A stretch of DNA of 64,000 nt from Clostridia bacterium (lineage in GTDB: Bacteria > Bacillota > Clostridia > UMGS1883 > UMGS1540): contig JAFSAU010000016.1 of NCBI GenBank assembly GCA_017442155.1, positions 99,723 to 163,722 on the forward strand. The letters run 5' to 3'. The notes beneath the pieces were generated by a model that did no database searches, was not told the DNA's origin, and worked only from the letters and a program-made list of their open reading frames with translations. Positions 39,385 to 48,531 of the stretch are shown in pieces. The translations under genes and the position numbers were made by a program. Each line of letters begins with the position of its first letter. The first letter of the stretch is position 1.

Positions 39385-41829
39385 ATGTATATTTCATTGC
39401 CGAAAACAGAGGGAGAACCGCTTCTTCCAACATATTTTCCTACAACAATGCAAGCCTTTGTATTTCGGAACTGGAGCATGGTTGCTAAAGAAAGAATAGC
39501 ACTCGTTTTAGAAACAACCGTCGAAAATGTAGAAAATCTCGCCTTTGGAATGGGATTGCAGCCGCAGGAAGATGTTTCTCTCTGGGAAACACGAGGATAT
39601 ATCACGATTATTCGTTCCAACTGGCATCTACTGAACTACGAACAGCTTTTGATGCTTTTGGATTGGACGGCGGAACGTCTTGCCCTTGTTTTAAAGGAAG
39701 AAGATTTTTTAAGTGAAAAGCTGGGGAGAACGAAACCGCAGTGTGAGAAAATTACATATAGACCTCTTTCGGAAGAAGAACAGGCGAAAACAATAAAAAT
39801 AAGGAACGTAATAGAAAAGCTCCAGCATGAGATGCAGAACTTGGATAAAGCATCTCCTTTCGATTTTTACTCTTTATTCAAAAGAAAAACAGCCGAAGAA
39901 AGCGACGCTTGTATTGTTGACAACACCGGAGATCCGCTTTGTCAGGAAGCAATCAGACGATTCCGGAAAGATCTTTCACAAACTGTAGAAAAACACTCGG
40001 ATAAAACACTATATATTTCGTATCTTCGGAATAAGGAAGAAGAATTTCATTCTATTGAAATATCGGAAGACAGCGTGCATATTTCCGCAGGTGGTTACGG
40101 AGGCATTCTTCGCGGCCTGTATCGGCTTTTAGATATGGCGAGAACCTCCGGTTGGAAGAAAATAAAAAAGGAATGGGAGCCGCAAATTAAACTACGCTGC
40201 ATATACCCTTTTTCTGCGTCCTATCAGGATATTTTCGAGGGTGATTCCTCCGCATCATGTCCGGACAGTCTATTGGAAGAGTATGCCCGTATCGGTATAA
40301 ATGGGATATGGCTTCCGGTACTTTTGTACAGAATGGTTTCGTTTCCTTTTTCCCCGAAATTGTCGGAAGGCTATGAAATGCGTGTGAAGAATCTCCGGTC
40401 TTTTGCAAAGCGGGCGGCTTCTTTTGGGATTAGAGTATATCTATATTTAAACGAACCTCGCAGTATGCCCCTCGAGGCGTTTCGGGGAAATCCCGACATG
40501 ATGGGGACGCGTGCCGGCGATAAAGCCACCATGTGTATCTGTCATGAAAAAACAATTGCATATCTTGAATCTTCGATTTCTTCACTCTGCAGTCAGGTGC
40601 CGGAGCTTGGCGGTTTTTTCGTCATTTCAATGGCAGAAAATTTAACACTCTGTAAGTCTAAGCCAACTAATTTTTATGATGAAATGTGTCCACGCTGCAA
40701 GGATATACCATCTTGGAAGTTAGCTTCTACGATGCACACCGCACTTTATAACGGAATGAAAAAAGCAGCTCCGCACATGGAAATGTTTTATTTTGACTGG
40801 AGCTGGACAAGAGAAGACATAGGAATGTCCCCGGCCGATGCAGATAAATGTATCAGGGATCTTCCGGAGGGCGGTATTTTGCTTTGCCAACGTGAGATAG
40901 GGCTGGATTTTCCGAGAGGTGGACTTATCAAAACAGCAAGAGAATATGCCTTGAGCGTAAATGGAATCAGCCCCCGAAGCCAACATGCCTGGAATATTGC
41001 AGGAGAATCCGGTCACCGCACTGCCGGAAAAATGCAGATTAATACCTCCTGGGAATGTTCCACTGTTCCGTATCTTCCTGTTTTCCAAAGAAACATAGAA
41101 CAGGTGGAGGCGATGAAAAGAGCTGGCTTGAATTATATCTTTTTCAGTTGGACGCTTGGCGGTTATCCGTCACCAAATATCCGTCTTGTTTCTGAATCGT
41201 TTTTTACTGCCGGCGAAGGAAAGCCTGATTATCTGAAACAACTTCAAAATATGTATGGAGAGAACAGTGAATGCATCTGGAAAGCAACGGAACATTTCAG
41301 CCTTGCAATGGAAGAGTATCCTTTTGATAAGGATTTCATATACAGTGGTCCGTCAAACGGCGGTGTGGGAAATATTTTTTACGAAAATCCAACCGGTCGT
41401 CCTTCGACTATGACCTGTTACACCTATGATAGTTTGAGTGACTGGGCAAAAATTTATCCTGAAGATGTTCTGGAAGAACAGTATTTCCTTCTTAGTTCCG
41501 AATGGGAGAGAGGGCTTTCGTATCTTGAGGGAATGGAAAATGAAATACGCGACATATCGTTTGCCACATACATACAGTTTAAGTCCTCATATCATCAGAT
41601 TCGTTTTATTCGCCTGCGGGACCGTTTTCTTTCCGGAGATAAAACATGCAGACAGGAGATTTTATCTATCGCAGCCGAAGAAGAAAAAATAGCCCGGGAA
41701 ATGTTTAAAATTATGTGCCGTCGTCCTTCAATCGGATTCGAAGCGGCAAATCACTATTATCTTAGTCCCGGAATGGTGATGGAAAAATTGGTAAACCTTG
41801 CGCATATAGCAGAACACTTCCGTGCATAG
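39385..41829 (+). CDS. Cytoplasmic hypothetical protein (about 815 aa), possibly a TIM-barrel glycoside-hydrolase-like enzyme
   Basis: No signal peptide. Contains …IRVYLYLNEPRSMP…, which resembles the NEP acid/base motif of clan GH-A. ATG after GAGGTG. Function not identified. Confidence 0.4.
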   Translation: MYISLPKTEGEPLLPTYFPTTMQAFVFRNWSMVAKERIALVLETTVENVENLAFGMGLQPQEDVSLWETRGYITIIRSNWHLLNYEQLLMLLDWTAERLALVLKEEDFLSEKLGRTKPQCEKITYRPLSEEEQAKTIKIRNVIEKLQHEMQNLDKASPFDFYSLFKRKTAEESDACIVDNTGDPLCQEAIRRFRKDLSQTVEKHSDKTLYISYLRNKEEEFHSIEISEDSVHISAGGYGGILRGLYRLLDMARTSGWKKIKKEWEPQIKLRCIYPFSASYQDIFEGDSSASCPDSLLEEYARIGINGIWLPVLLYRMVSFPFSPKLSEGYEMRVKNLRSFAKRAASFGIRVYLYLNEPRSMPLEAFRGNPDMMGTRAGDKATMCICHEKTIAYLESSISSLCSQVPELGGFFVISMAENLTLCKSKPTNFYDEMCPRCKDIPSWKLASTMHTALYNGMKKAAPHMEMFYFDWSWTREDIGMSPADADKCIRDLPEGGILLCQREIGLDFPRGGLIKTAREYALSVNGISPRSQHAWNIAGESGHRTAGKMQINTSWECSTVPYLPVFQRNIEQVEAMKRAGLNYIFFSWTLGGYPSPNIRLVSESFFTAGEGKPDYLKQLQNMYGENSECIWKATEHFSLAMEEYPFDKDFIYSGPSNGGVGNIFYENPTGRPSTMTCYTYDSLSDWAKIYPEDVLEEQYFLLSSEWERGLSYLEGMENEIRDISFATYIQFKSSYHQIRFIRLRDRFLSGDKTCRQEILSIAAEEEKIAREMFKIMCRRPSIGFEAANHYYLSPGMVMEKLVNLAHIAEHFRA

Positions 41830-41894
41830 AAAATTTTTGATATTTTTCCGTCTGCAGGGAATAATAAATATAAATTTTCATGCGGGAGGAAAAA

Positions 41895-43193
41895 ATGAAT
41901 AAATCCATTTGGACAGAAAATGTCCAATTACCTTCGTTTGAAAAGCTTGAAGGCGATATAAAAACAGATGTGTTGGTTATCGGCGGAGGGTTGTGCGGCA
42001 TTCTTTGCGCGCTTCGCCTGAAAGAAGCCGGTGTTGATTTTATACTGACAGAAAAAAACCGTATTGGGTCGGGTGTTACACAAAATACCACAGCAAAGAT
42101 TACCTCTCAGCATGGCTTAATCTATGCAAAGCTCTTGCAAAAACGGGGGAGGGAAACGGCACAAAAATATCTTTTCGCAAACGAAAAGGCAATTCATGCG
42201 TACGAAAAATTGGCATTGCATTGTAATTTTGAAAAAAAAGAGGCTCTTACGTATTCGCTTTCTGACAGAAGAAAGATTGAAGAGGAGGTAAAGGCAGTTT
42301 CGTCTTTAGGATTATCGGCAGACTTTGTGGAAAATACAGAGCTGCCCTTCCCGGTTCGCGGAGCTATTCGATTTAGAAATCAGGCATGTTTTCATCCGCT
42401 TCGCTTTCTCGCGGAAATCACCGGAGATTTGCCGATTTATGAAGATACGCCGGTGGAAGAACTGATGCCCGGCTATGCAGTTACATCTTCCGGGAAAATT
42501 CATTTTAAAGCCTGCATTATAGCAACACATTTTCCGATATTAAACAAGCATGGGGCGTATTTTCTGAAACTGTATCAACACCGTTCGTATGTGACGGCAG
42601 TAGAAAATGCACCGCATTTTTCAGGAATGTATGTAGACGAAAGTATGACAGGGTTTTCTTTCAGGAACTTTGATAAATATCTTTTTATTGGCGGCGGAGA
42701 TCACAGGACAGGAAAAAAAGGGATTGGATGGGATTCTGCGGAGTCGGTCTTGAAAAAGTATTATCCTGCCGCCAGAAGGGCCTTCACGTGGGCCACGCAG
42801 GATTGCATGAGCCTTGACGGCTTGCCTTATATCGGTGCATATGGAAAACACGCCGACGGTCTATATGTCGCCACCGGATTCAACAAATGGGGCATGACGT
42901 CCTCTATGGTAGCGGCAGATATTTTGTGTGACCTGGTACAAGGAAAGAAAAACGAGTTTGCAGATGTTTATTCACCCCAGAGAAGTATTTTGACGCCACA
43001 GCTATTTGTGAATGGAATTGAGGCTGTGGCAAGCATCCTGACACCTACTAAACCTCGTTGTCCCCATATGGGATGTGCACTCAAGTGGAATAAGAACGAA
43101 CGAACGTGGGATTGTCCGTGCCACGGCTCGCGTTTTTCCGCAGAAGGAAAAGTGCTTGACAATCCTTCCACAGAAAATATAAATAAATCCTGA
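41895..43193 (+). CDS. FAD-dependent oxidoreductase with C-terminal Rieske [2Fe-2S] domain (YhfW-like)
   Basis: N-terminal dinucleotide-binding motif DVLVIGGGLCG. C-terminal Rieske CPHMGC…CPCHGSRF. ATG after GGGAGG. Confidence 0.75.
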   Translation: MNKSIWTENVQLPSFEKLEGDIKTDVLVIGGGLCGILCALRLKEAGVDFILTEKNRIGSGVTQNTTAKITSQHGLIYAKLLQKRGRETAQKYLFANEKAIHAYEKLALHCNFEKKEALTYSLSDRRKIEEEVKAVSSLGLSADFVENTELPFPVRGAIRFRNQACFHPLRFLAEITGDLPIYEDTPVEELMPGYAVTSSGKIHFKACIIATHFPILNKHGAYFLKLYQHRSYVTAVENAPHFSGMYVDESMTGFSFRNFDKYLFIGGGDHRTGKKGIGWDSAESVLKKYYPAARRAFTWATQDCMSLDGLPYIGAYGKHADGLYVATGFNKWGMTSSMVAADILCDLVQGKKNEFADVYSPQRSILTPQLFVNGIEAVASILTPTKPRCPHMGCALKWNKNERTWDCPCHGSRFSAEGKVLDNPSTENINKS

Positions 43194-43223
43194 ATTTGTA
43201 AAGAATTTGACGTACTAAGATAA

Positions 43224-43257
43224 AAAAGACTCAAACCATGATTGGATTGAGTCTTTT
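43224..43257. terminator. Bidirectional terminator between convergent genes
   Basis: aaaagactcaa-accatgattgga-ttgagtctttt. Confidence 0.55.
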
Positions 43258-43276
43258 CTGTAATTTGTTTCAAAAA

Positions 43277-44521
43277 TTATTTTACGGGATAAAGCGGATA
43301 TTTTTCGCAGAGGGCCGAAACTCTATTGCGGATTTCGTCTGCTTTTGTCTCGTATTCCTTAAGTGTCATAGCAACCAATGTGGCAATTTCAACCATATCA
43401 TCTTCTTTCATGCCGCGGCTTGTAACTGCCGGAGTACCGATGCGGACACCGCTGGTGATAAATGGGCTCTTTGTATCAAAGGGAATGGCATTTTTGTTAG
43501 CAGTAATACCCACTTCGTCAAGACGATGCTCTGCTTCTTTACCGGTAAGGTCCATGTCTGTAAGATTCAGAAGCATCAGATGGTTGTCCGTGCCGCCGGA
43601 AACGAGCGGAATACCATTGTCTAAGAAAGCCTTGGACATGGCGGCAGCATTCTTTACAATCTGCGTCTGATATGCTTTGAAATCATCGGAAAGTGCTTCT
43701 TTCAGGCACACGGCTTTTGCTGCAATCACATGCATCAGCGGTCCGCCCTGAATGCCGGGGAATACTGCTTTGTCAATTTGTTTTGCATATTCTTCCTTGC
43801 AGAGAATAAGGCCGCCGCGGGGACCACGAAGCGTCTTATGGGTTGTGGTTGTAACAAAATCAGCATACGGGACGGGATTGGGGTGAAGCCCAGCCGCCAC
43901 AAGGCCTGCAATGTGTGCCATATCTACCATCAGATACGCGCCTACTTCTTTTGCAATTTCGCCGAATTTAGCAAAATCAATGGTACGGGGATATGCACTG
44001 GCACCAGCCAGGATCAACTTTGGTTTGTTTTCGATTGCAAGACGGCGAATTTCATCGTAATCAATCGTATTGGTGTCTTCTGTAACACCGTAGGGAACGA
44101 TGTTATAGTATTTACCGGAAATATTTACAGGGCTACCGTGACTTAAATGTCCACCGTGGGCAAGATTCATGCTGAGAACCGTGTCGCCCGGCTCCAGAAA
44201 CGCGAAGAAAACAGCCAGGTTAGCCTGGGCACCGGAATGAGGTTGTACATTGGCGTGCTCCGCACCAAAAACTTCACAGGCGCGTTCGCGTGCCAGATTT
44301 TCCACGATATCTACACACTCACAGCCTCCATAATACCGTTTGCCCGGATATCCTTCTGCGTATTTATTCGTGAGGGGTGTTCCCATAGCCTCAATTACTG
44401 CATTTGAAACAAAGTTTTCCGAAGCAATCAGCTCAATCTTATTGCGCTGACGGTTTACCTCTGCTTCAATGGCGTCGGCAACCTGCGGGTCAATTTTCCG
44501 TATTTCATTTGTGCTGTACAT
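43277..44521 (-). CDS. glyA: Serine hydroxymethyltransferase
   Basis: Full-length SHMT (…[18 protein letters not shown]…[12 protein letters not shown]…). Confidence 0.95.
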   Translation of the reverse strand: MYSTNEIRKIDPQVADAIEAEVNRQRNKIELIASENFVSNAVIEAMGTPLTNKYAEGYPGKRYYGGCECVDIVENLARERACEVFGAEHANVQPHSGAQANLAVFFAFLEPGDTVLSMNLAHGGHLSHGSPVNISGKYYNIVPYGVTEDTNTIDYDEIRRLAIENKPKLILAGASAYPRTIDFAKFGEIAKEVGAYLMVDMAHIAGLVAAGLHPNPVPYADFVTTTTHKTLRGPRGGLILCKEEYAKQIDKAVFPGIQGGPLMHVIAAKAVCLKEALSDDFKAYQTQIVKNAAAMSKAFLDNGIPLVSGGTDNHLMLLNLTDMDLTGKEAEHRLDEVGITANKNAIPFDTKSPFITSGVRIGTPAVTSRGMKEDDMVEIATLVAMTLKEYETKADEIRNRVSALCEKYPLYPVK

Positions 44522-44626
44522 AAAAAAATAACCTCCAAAAAATCTTTGTATAATATTATATATGAAAATCTTTACTTTTGCAAGTGTTTTATGCTAAAAT
44601 AAAAAAGAAAAAAGGAGGAAAGAGGA

Positions 44627-45259
44627 ATGGATAAGAAAAATAAGATATTAAAGATTCGCGAACAGTTCGATATTCTGTATCCGGATGCCGATTGCACATT
44701 GGAGTATAATGATGCATTTCACCTTCTTGTAGCTACGCAGCTTGCCGCGCAGTGCACCGATGCACGCGTTAATCTTGTCACCCCGGCATTATTTGCAAAA
44801 TTCCCGGACCCGGCGGCTTTTGCTGCGGCTGATATCGGAGAATTGGAAGAACTGATTCGTTCAACCGGATTTTTTCATAATAAAGCAAGAAACCTGAAAG
44901 CCTGCGGTGAGGTGCTCTGTAATGAATTTGGTGGAAAGGTACCGGGCACTATGGAAGAACTGCTTCGTCTGCCGGGCGTGGGCAGGAAAACGGCGAATCT
45001 TGTTCTTGGAGATGTTTTTGGGAAGCCGGGAATTGTGGTGGACACGCACGCCGGACGCATTGCCAGAAGAATTGGGCTTACAAAAAATCAAAACCCCACA
45101 AAAGTGGAGTTTGATTTGTTAAAAATAGTTCCCAAGGACTACCAGACCCGTTTCTGTCATCAGCTTGTCCTGCACGGAAGGGCAGTTTGCCGGTCTCAGA
45201 ATCCTAAATGCATGGAATGTACAATTGCACCGTACTGTAATGCTTATAATCCCAAATAA
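44627..45259 (+). CDS. nth: Endonuclease III
   Basis: HhH-GPD motif ([13 protein letters not shown]) and a C-terminal [4Fe-4S] Cys cluster (C…C..C…C). Confidence 0.9.
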   Translation: MDKKNKILKIREQFDILYPDADCTLEYNDAFHLLVATQLAAQCTDARVNLVTPALFAKFPDPAAFAAADIGELEELIRSTGFFHNKARNLKACGEVLCNEFGGKVPGTMEELLRLPGVGRKTANLVLGDVFGKPGIVVDTHAGRIARRIGLTKNQNPTKVEFDLLKIVPKDYQTRFCHQLVLHGRAVCRSQNPKCMECTIAPYCNAYNPK

Positions 45260-45474
45260 TTCCGGAGTAAAATTTCGATGATTTCATCGCGCTCTGCGTG
45301 ATTTATGAGGCTACGGGCGTTTTTATGGCTGGTGATATATGTGGGATCTCCGGAAAGAATGTATCCCACCATCTGGCTTACCGGGTTATAGCCTTTTTCT
45401 GCGAGTGCTCCGTGCACGGTTGTCAAAATTTCCCGTACCCTTTGTGCCTGGTCTGTTTCAATGTTGAATTTCAT
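45244..45474 (-). CDS. UPF0297/IreB-family small protein
   Basis: …[57 protein letters not shown]… matches the conserved about 80-aa IreB/YrzL family. Confidence 0.65.
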   Translation of the reverse strand: MKFNIETDQAQRVREILTTVHGALAEKGYNPVSQMVGYILSGDPTYITSHKNARSLINHAERDEIIEILLRNYLGL

Positions 45475-45605
45475 GGTGTTTCCTTCTGTGCCCATGTTTT
45501 CCACCGCCTTTCATATCTTTAAAGATATTATACGACATATCGAATCAAAAAGCAAGCCTTTTTTCTTACAAAAATGTTAATTTTTTGTTTCATGACCCAA
45601 AATAA

Positions 45606-45645
45606 GCACGGGACGTCCCACCGGACACCCGTGCATACTTTTTTG
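45606..45645. terminator. Rho-independent terminator, usable in both orientations
   Basis: gcacggg…cccgtgc stem flanked by an A-run and a T-run, directly downstream of the M23 peptidase stop. Confidence 0.5.
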
Positions 45646-45647
45646 TT

Positions 45648-46382
45648 TTATTTTATACCAAAAGGGTCAATTGGTTTTCCATCTTTTTCCATGGAAAAGT
45701 GAAGGTGTACTCCATTTTCTGCATCAGCAGTTTCTCCCATTTTTCCAATCTCTGCTCCGGCGGTGACGGTACTGCCTTCTGCGGCCGAAACGGAGGAAAG
45801 AGAGCTGTATAAGCTTTTCAATCCATTTCCGTGCTCTATTACAACTGTGGTTCCGAAAAGATGGTCGTCATAGATTGTTTCCACTATACCGTCTGCCACA
45901 GCAAGCACCGTGTCTGTTTCACTTGGCAGAAAATCTATACCAAGATGACAACGCCATTCATCCAGTGGTTCAAAAAAGACAAGAACTTTATCAGAGTAAG
46001 ATGCAGACACTTCTCCGGAGGACGGCAGGAAAAAATCATCCGGGGAGGAAGCAGGGATACTTTTCATCGTAGCATTTACCGGTGCTGCGTCTGCTTCATT
46101 ATTTATTGGTTTGTCAGTGGGTTTCGGGGTTGGTGTAGCAGTGACATGTTCTGTGGCAGGTGTTGCGATGGGACTGGGGGGAGATGGGAAGGATTCCGTG
46201 ATTGTAGCTGTCTGTTCTTCACCTTGTCGGCTTACATTCTTCATAGAATTGTACGTTTGTGTTGCGATAATGGCAAGAGCCACACACCCTATGGCAATCC
46301 ATGTACTTGGTCGAAATTTTTTCATACTAAAAACGCTCCTTTCATAGAGGTATTTTCTCCTGTTTTTTCTAACATTATGCAA
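45648..46382 (-). CDS. Membrane-anchored M23-family (LytM-domain) peptidase
   Basis: N-terminal TM helix and a Pro/Thr-rich linker. C-terminal M23 motifs (…GIVETIYDDHLFGTTVVIEHGNGL… …GVHLHFSMEKDGKPIDP). Confidence 0.8.
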   Translation of the reverse strand: MHNVRKNRRKYLYERSVFSMKKFRPSTWIAIGCVALAIIATQTYNSMKNVSRQGEEQTATITESFPSPPSPIATPATEHVTATPTPKPTDKPINNEADAAPVNATMKSIPASSPDDFFLPSSGEVSASYSDKVLVFFEPLDEWRCHLGIDFLPSETDTVLAVADGIVETIYDDHLFGTTVVIEHGNGLKSLYSSLSSVSAAEGSTVTAGAEIGKMGETADAENGVHLHFSMEKDGKPIDPFGIK

Positions 46383-46438
46383 AAATAGTATATTTTTTTA
46401 AACGTTGCAGATACTAACCTAAAAAAGGAGATGAAGCT

Positions 46439-47398
46439 ATGAGTATAAGAACGGACTTGGCGATAGAAAGTGCAGAATTATATTGGGAAACTGCAGAAAC
46501 ACAGGATATTCCGGGCGTAAGTTGCGAGGAAGACGGGGATGAGGAAATCCGAATCACCCGCGTGGAAGTTTTAAATGAAGAAGGGGAGAAAATAATCGGG
46601 AAAAAGCCAGGGCGATATGTCACAATTGAAATGCCGTCGCTTCTGGAAAGTGAATCTTCTGTACAGCAAAAAGCAAGCCGGTTTCTTTCGCAGGAGCTTT
46701 CCGGTATGATGGAGAGTACAAAGCTGACATTGGTGGCCGGCCTTGGAAACAGTGAAATCACACCGGATTCTTTAGGGCCGAAGGTGATTCCACGTCTTGT
46801 GGTCACGCGACATTTATTGTCGCACCTACCCCAGACTGTTGAGCATCTCGCTCCCGTTTGCGCACTGGCACCCGGTGTTCTGGGAATTACCGGGATTGAA
46901 ACCGGTGAAATAATAAAAGGAGTTGCCGAGCGCGTAAAGCCCGATCTTGTGATTGTGGTGGATGCGCTTGCTTCCCGGAAAACAGAGCGTGTCAGCACCA
47001 CTATCCAGATTGCCGACACAGGAATAAGTCCCGGAAGTGGTGTTGGAAATAAAAGAAAAACAATCAATGCAGAGACGGTAGGCGTACCTGTTATTGCCAT
47101 TGGTGTACCCATGGTTGTAGATGCAGCAACAATTGCAAATGATACAATAGACCTTGTAATTGATACACTGTCCCGTAATTCCCAAGGAGAGTTTTTTGAT
47201 ATGCTTCAAAACATTGACCGGGAGGAAAAACATGCCTTAATACGGGAATCTCTACCGAAAGAAATGAGCGATATGATGGTTACGCCTAAAGATATTGATG
47301 CGCTTTCCGAAAAAATTGCCCATGTGGTGGCAAATGGTATCAACCTTGCTTTGCATAAGGGAATTTCAGAAGAGGAGATTGCTTCTTTTGTCAGTTAA
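46439..47398 (+). CDS. gpr: Germination protease (spore endopeptidase)
   Basis: N-terminus MSIRTDLAIESAELY is typical of GPR. 319 aa. Confidence 0.85.
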   Translation: MSIRTDLAIESAELYWETAETQDIPGVSCEEDGDEEIRITRVEVLNEEGEKIIGKKPGRYVTIEMPSLLESESSVQQKASRFLSQELSGMMESTKLTLVAGLGNSEITPDSLGPKVIPRLVVTRHLLSHLPQTVEHLAPVCALAPGVLGITGIETGEIIKGVAERVKPDLVIVVDALASRKTERVSTTIQIADTGISPGSGVGNKRKTINAETVGVPVIAIGVPMVVDAATIANDTIDLVIDTLSRNSQGEFFDMLQNIDREEKHALIRESLPKEMSDMMVTPKDIDALSEKIAHVVANGINLALHKGISEEEIASFVS

Positions 47399-47909
47399 GA
47401 AAAAAATGTACTGCAACAGAGGCAAGCAGAATTCCCGTAGCATCAGCAAGCAAAGCACTTTTTAAGGTGTACCGGCTGTCCTTTGCATGGGTTGCAGCAA
47501 AATAAACCGTTAGTGTATAAAACGTAGTTTCTGTCGAACCGGAAATTACAGAGGCAACACGGCCTGCAAAACTATCCGGCCCATAGGAGTTTAAAATATC
47601 ATTCAGAATTGCCAGCGACGCTCCGCCGGAAACAGGCCGAAGAATTGCCAGAGGAAGCACTTCGGAGGGAAAACCCAGAGGTTTAAAGACATAGGAAAGA
47701 CCATGACATAAAAGATCGATGGCACCGGAGGCTTTCAGCATACTGACGGCCGTTACAAGACCGACAATCGACGGAAGAATTGTGATTGTTGAGTTTAGAC
47801 CGTTTTTGGCTCCCTTTAAAAAGATGTCAAAAAGTGAAACACCGCGAAAAAGCCCAAATAAAATAATTAAAAAAACAGTTAGTGGGATAATTAAATCAGA
47901 AAACTGCAT
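47391..47909 (-). CDS. spmB: Spore maturation protein B
   Basis: Nucleoside-recognition/Gate-domain membrane protein. Paired with spmA. Confidence 0.8.
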   Translation of the reverse strand: MQFSDLIIPLTVFLIILFGLFRGVSLFDIFLKGAKNGLNSTITILPSIVGLVTAVSMLKASGAIDLLCHGLSYVFKPLGFPSEVLPLAILRPVSGGASLAILNDILNSYGPDSFAGRVASVISGSTETTFYTLTVYFAATHAKDSRYTLKSALLADATGILLASVAVHFFLN

Positions 47910-47912
47910 ACC

Positions 47913-48488
47913 TTAACCTCGCTTCTGGAACAGTTTGGCACTGAAAATGCCTACAAAAAGTGCAGATATGGACACAATCCATACTGGAACAATGATTTCG
48001 CCCGGATTTGCAGACCCGGTCATCTGCCGTAAAAGAAGCAGGGTTGTTGGAAACAGCTGCAGGGAGGCGGTGTTGATTAGAACAAACAGACACATTTCAT
48101 TCGATGCCCTTTTTTTTCCGCAGTTTCGTTCATCCAAAAGCTGCATTGCACGAAGTCCAAGTGGGGTTGCAGCATTTCCCATTCCGAGGAGATTTGCGGC
48201 TATATTCATAACAATTGCACCGTGTGCCGGGTCATTCTTTTCAAGTTTGGGGAAAATAAAGCGGGTAAGAGGACGCAGAAGGGATGCAACGCAATGAATA
48301 ACACCGCTTTTCTCCGCAATTTCCATAAGTCCAGTCCAAAAACACATTACACCCAGCATTCCTAAAACAAGTGTTGCTCCTTCGCCGGCACCTGCAATGG
48401 CCGCTTCGCCAACCTCTGCAATGCGTCCCGTAAAAATTCCGAAAATAACAGCGGCAAGGAGTATAAAGCCCCAAATATAATTTAACAT
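47913..48488 (-). CDS. spmA: Spore maturation protein A
   Basis: MLNYIWGFILLAAVIFGIFTGRI. Membrane protein immediately upstream of spmB. Confidence 0.8.
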   Translation of the reverse strand: MLNYIWGFILLAAVIFGIFTGRIAEVGEAAIAGAGEGATLVLGMLGVMCFWTGLMEIAEKSGVIHCVASLLRPLTRFIFPKLEKNDPAHGAIVMNIAANLLGMGNAATPLGLRAMQLLDERNCGKKRASNEMCLFVLINTASLQLFPTTLLLLRQMTGSANPGEIIVPVWIVSISALFVGIFSAKLFQKRG

Positions 48489-48531
48489 AAAATCCCTCCC
48501 GTCTTATCCTTATGAATAGGATGTTGATGAT

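Noticed and set aside
46414-47233. Minus-strand ORFs of 232 aa and 135 aa overlapping gpr
   Set aside because: They lie entirely within the well-supported gpr gene, on the antisense strand, with low-complexity composition.
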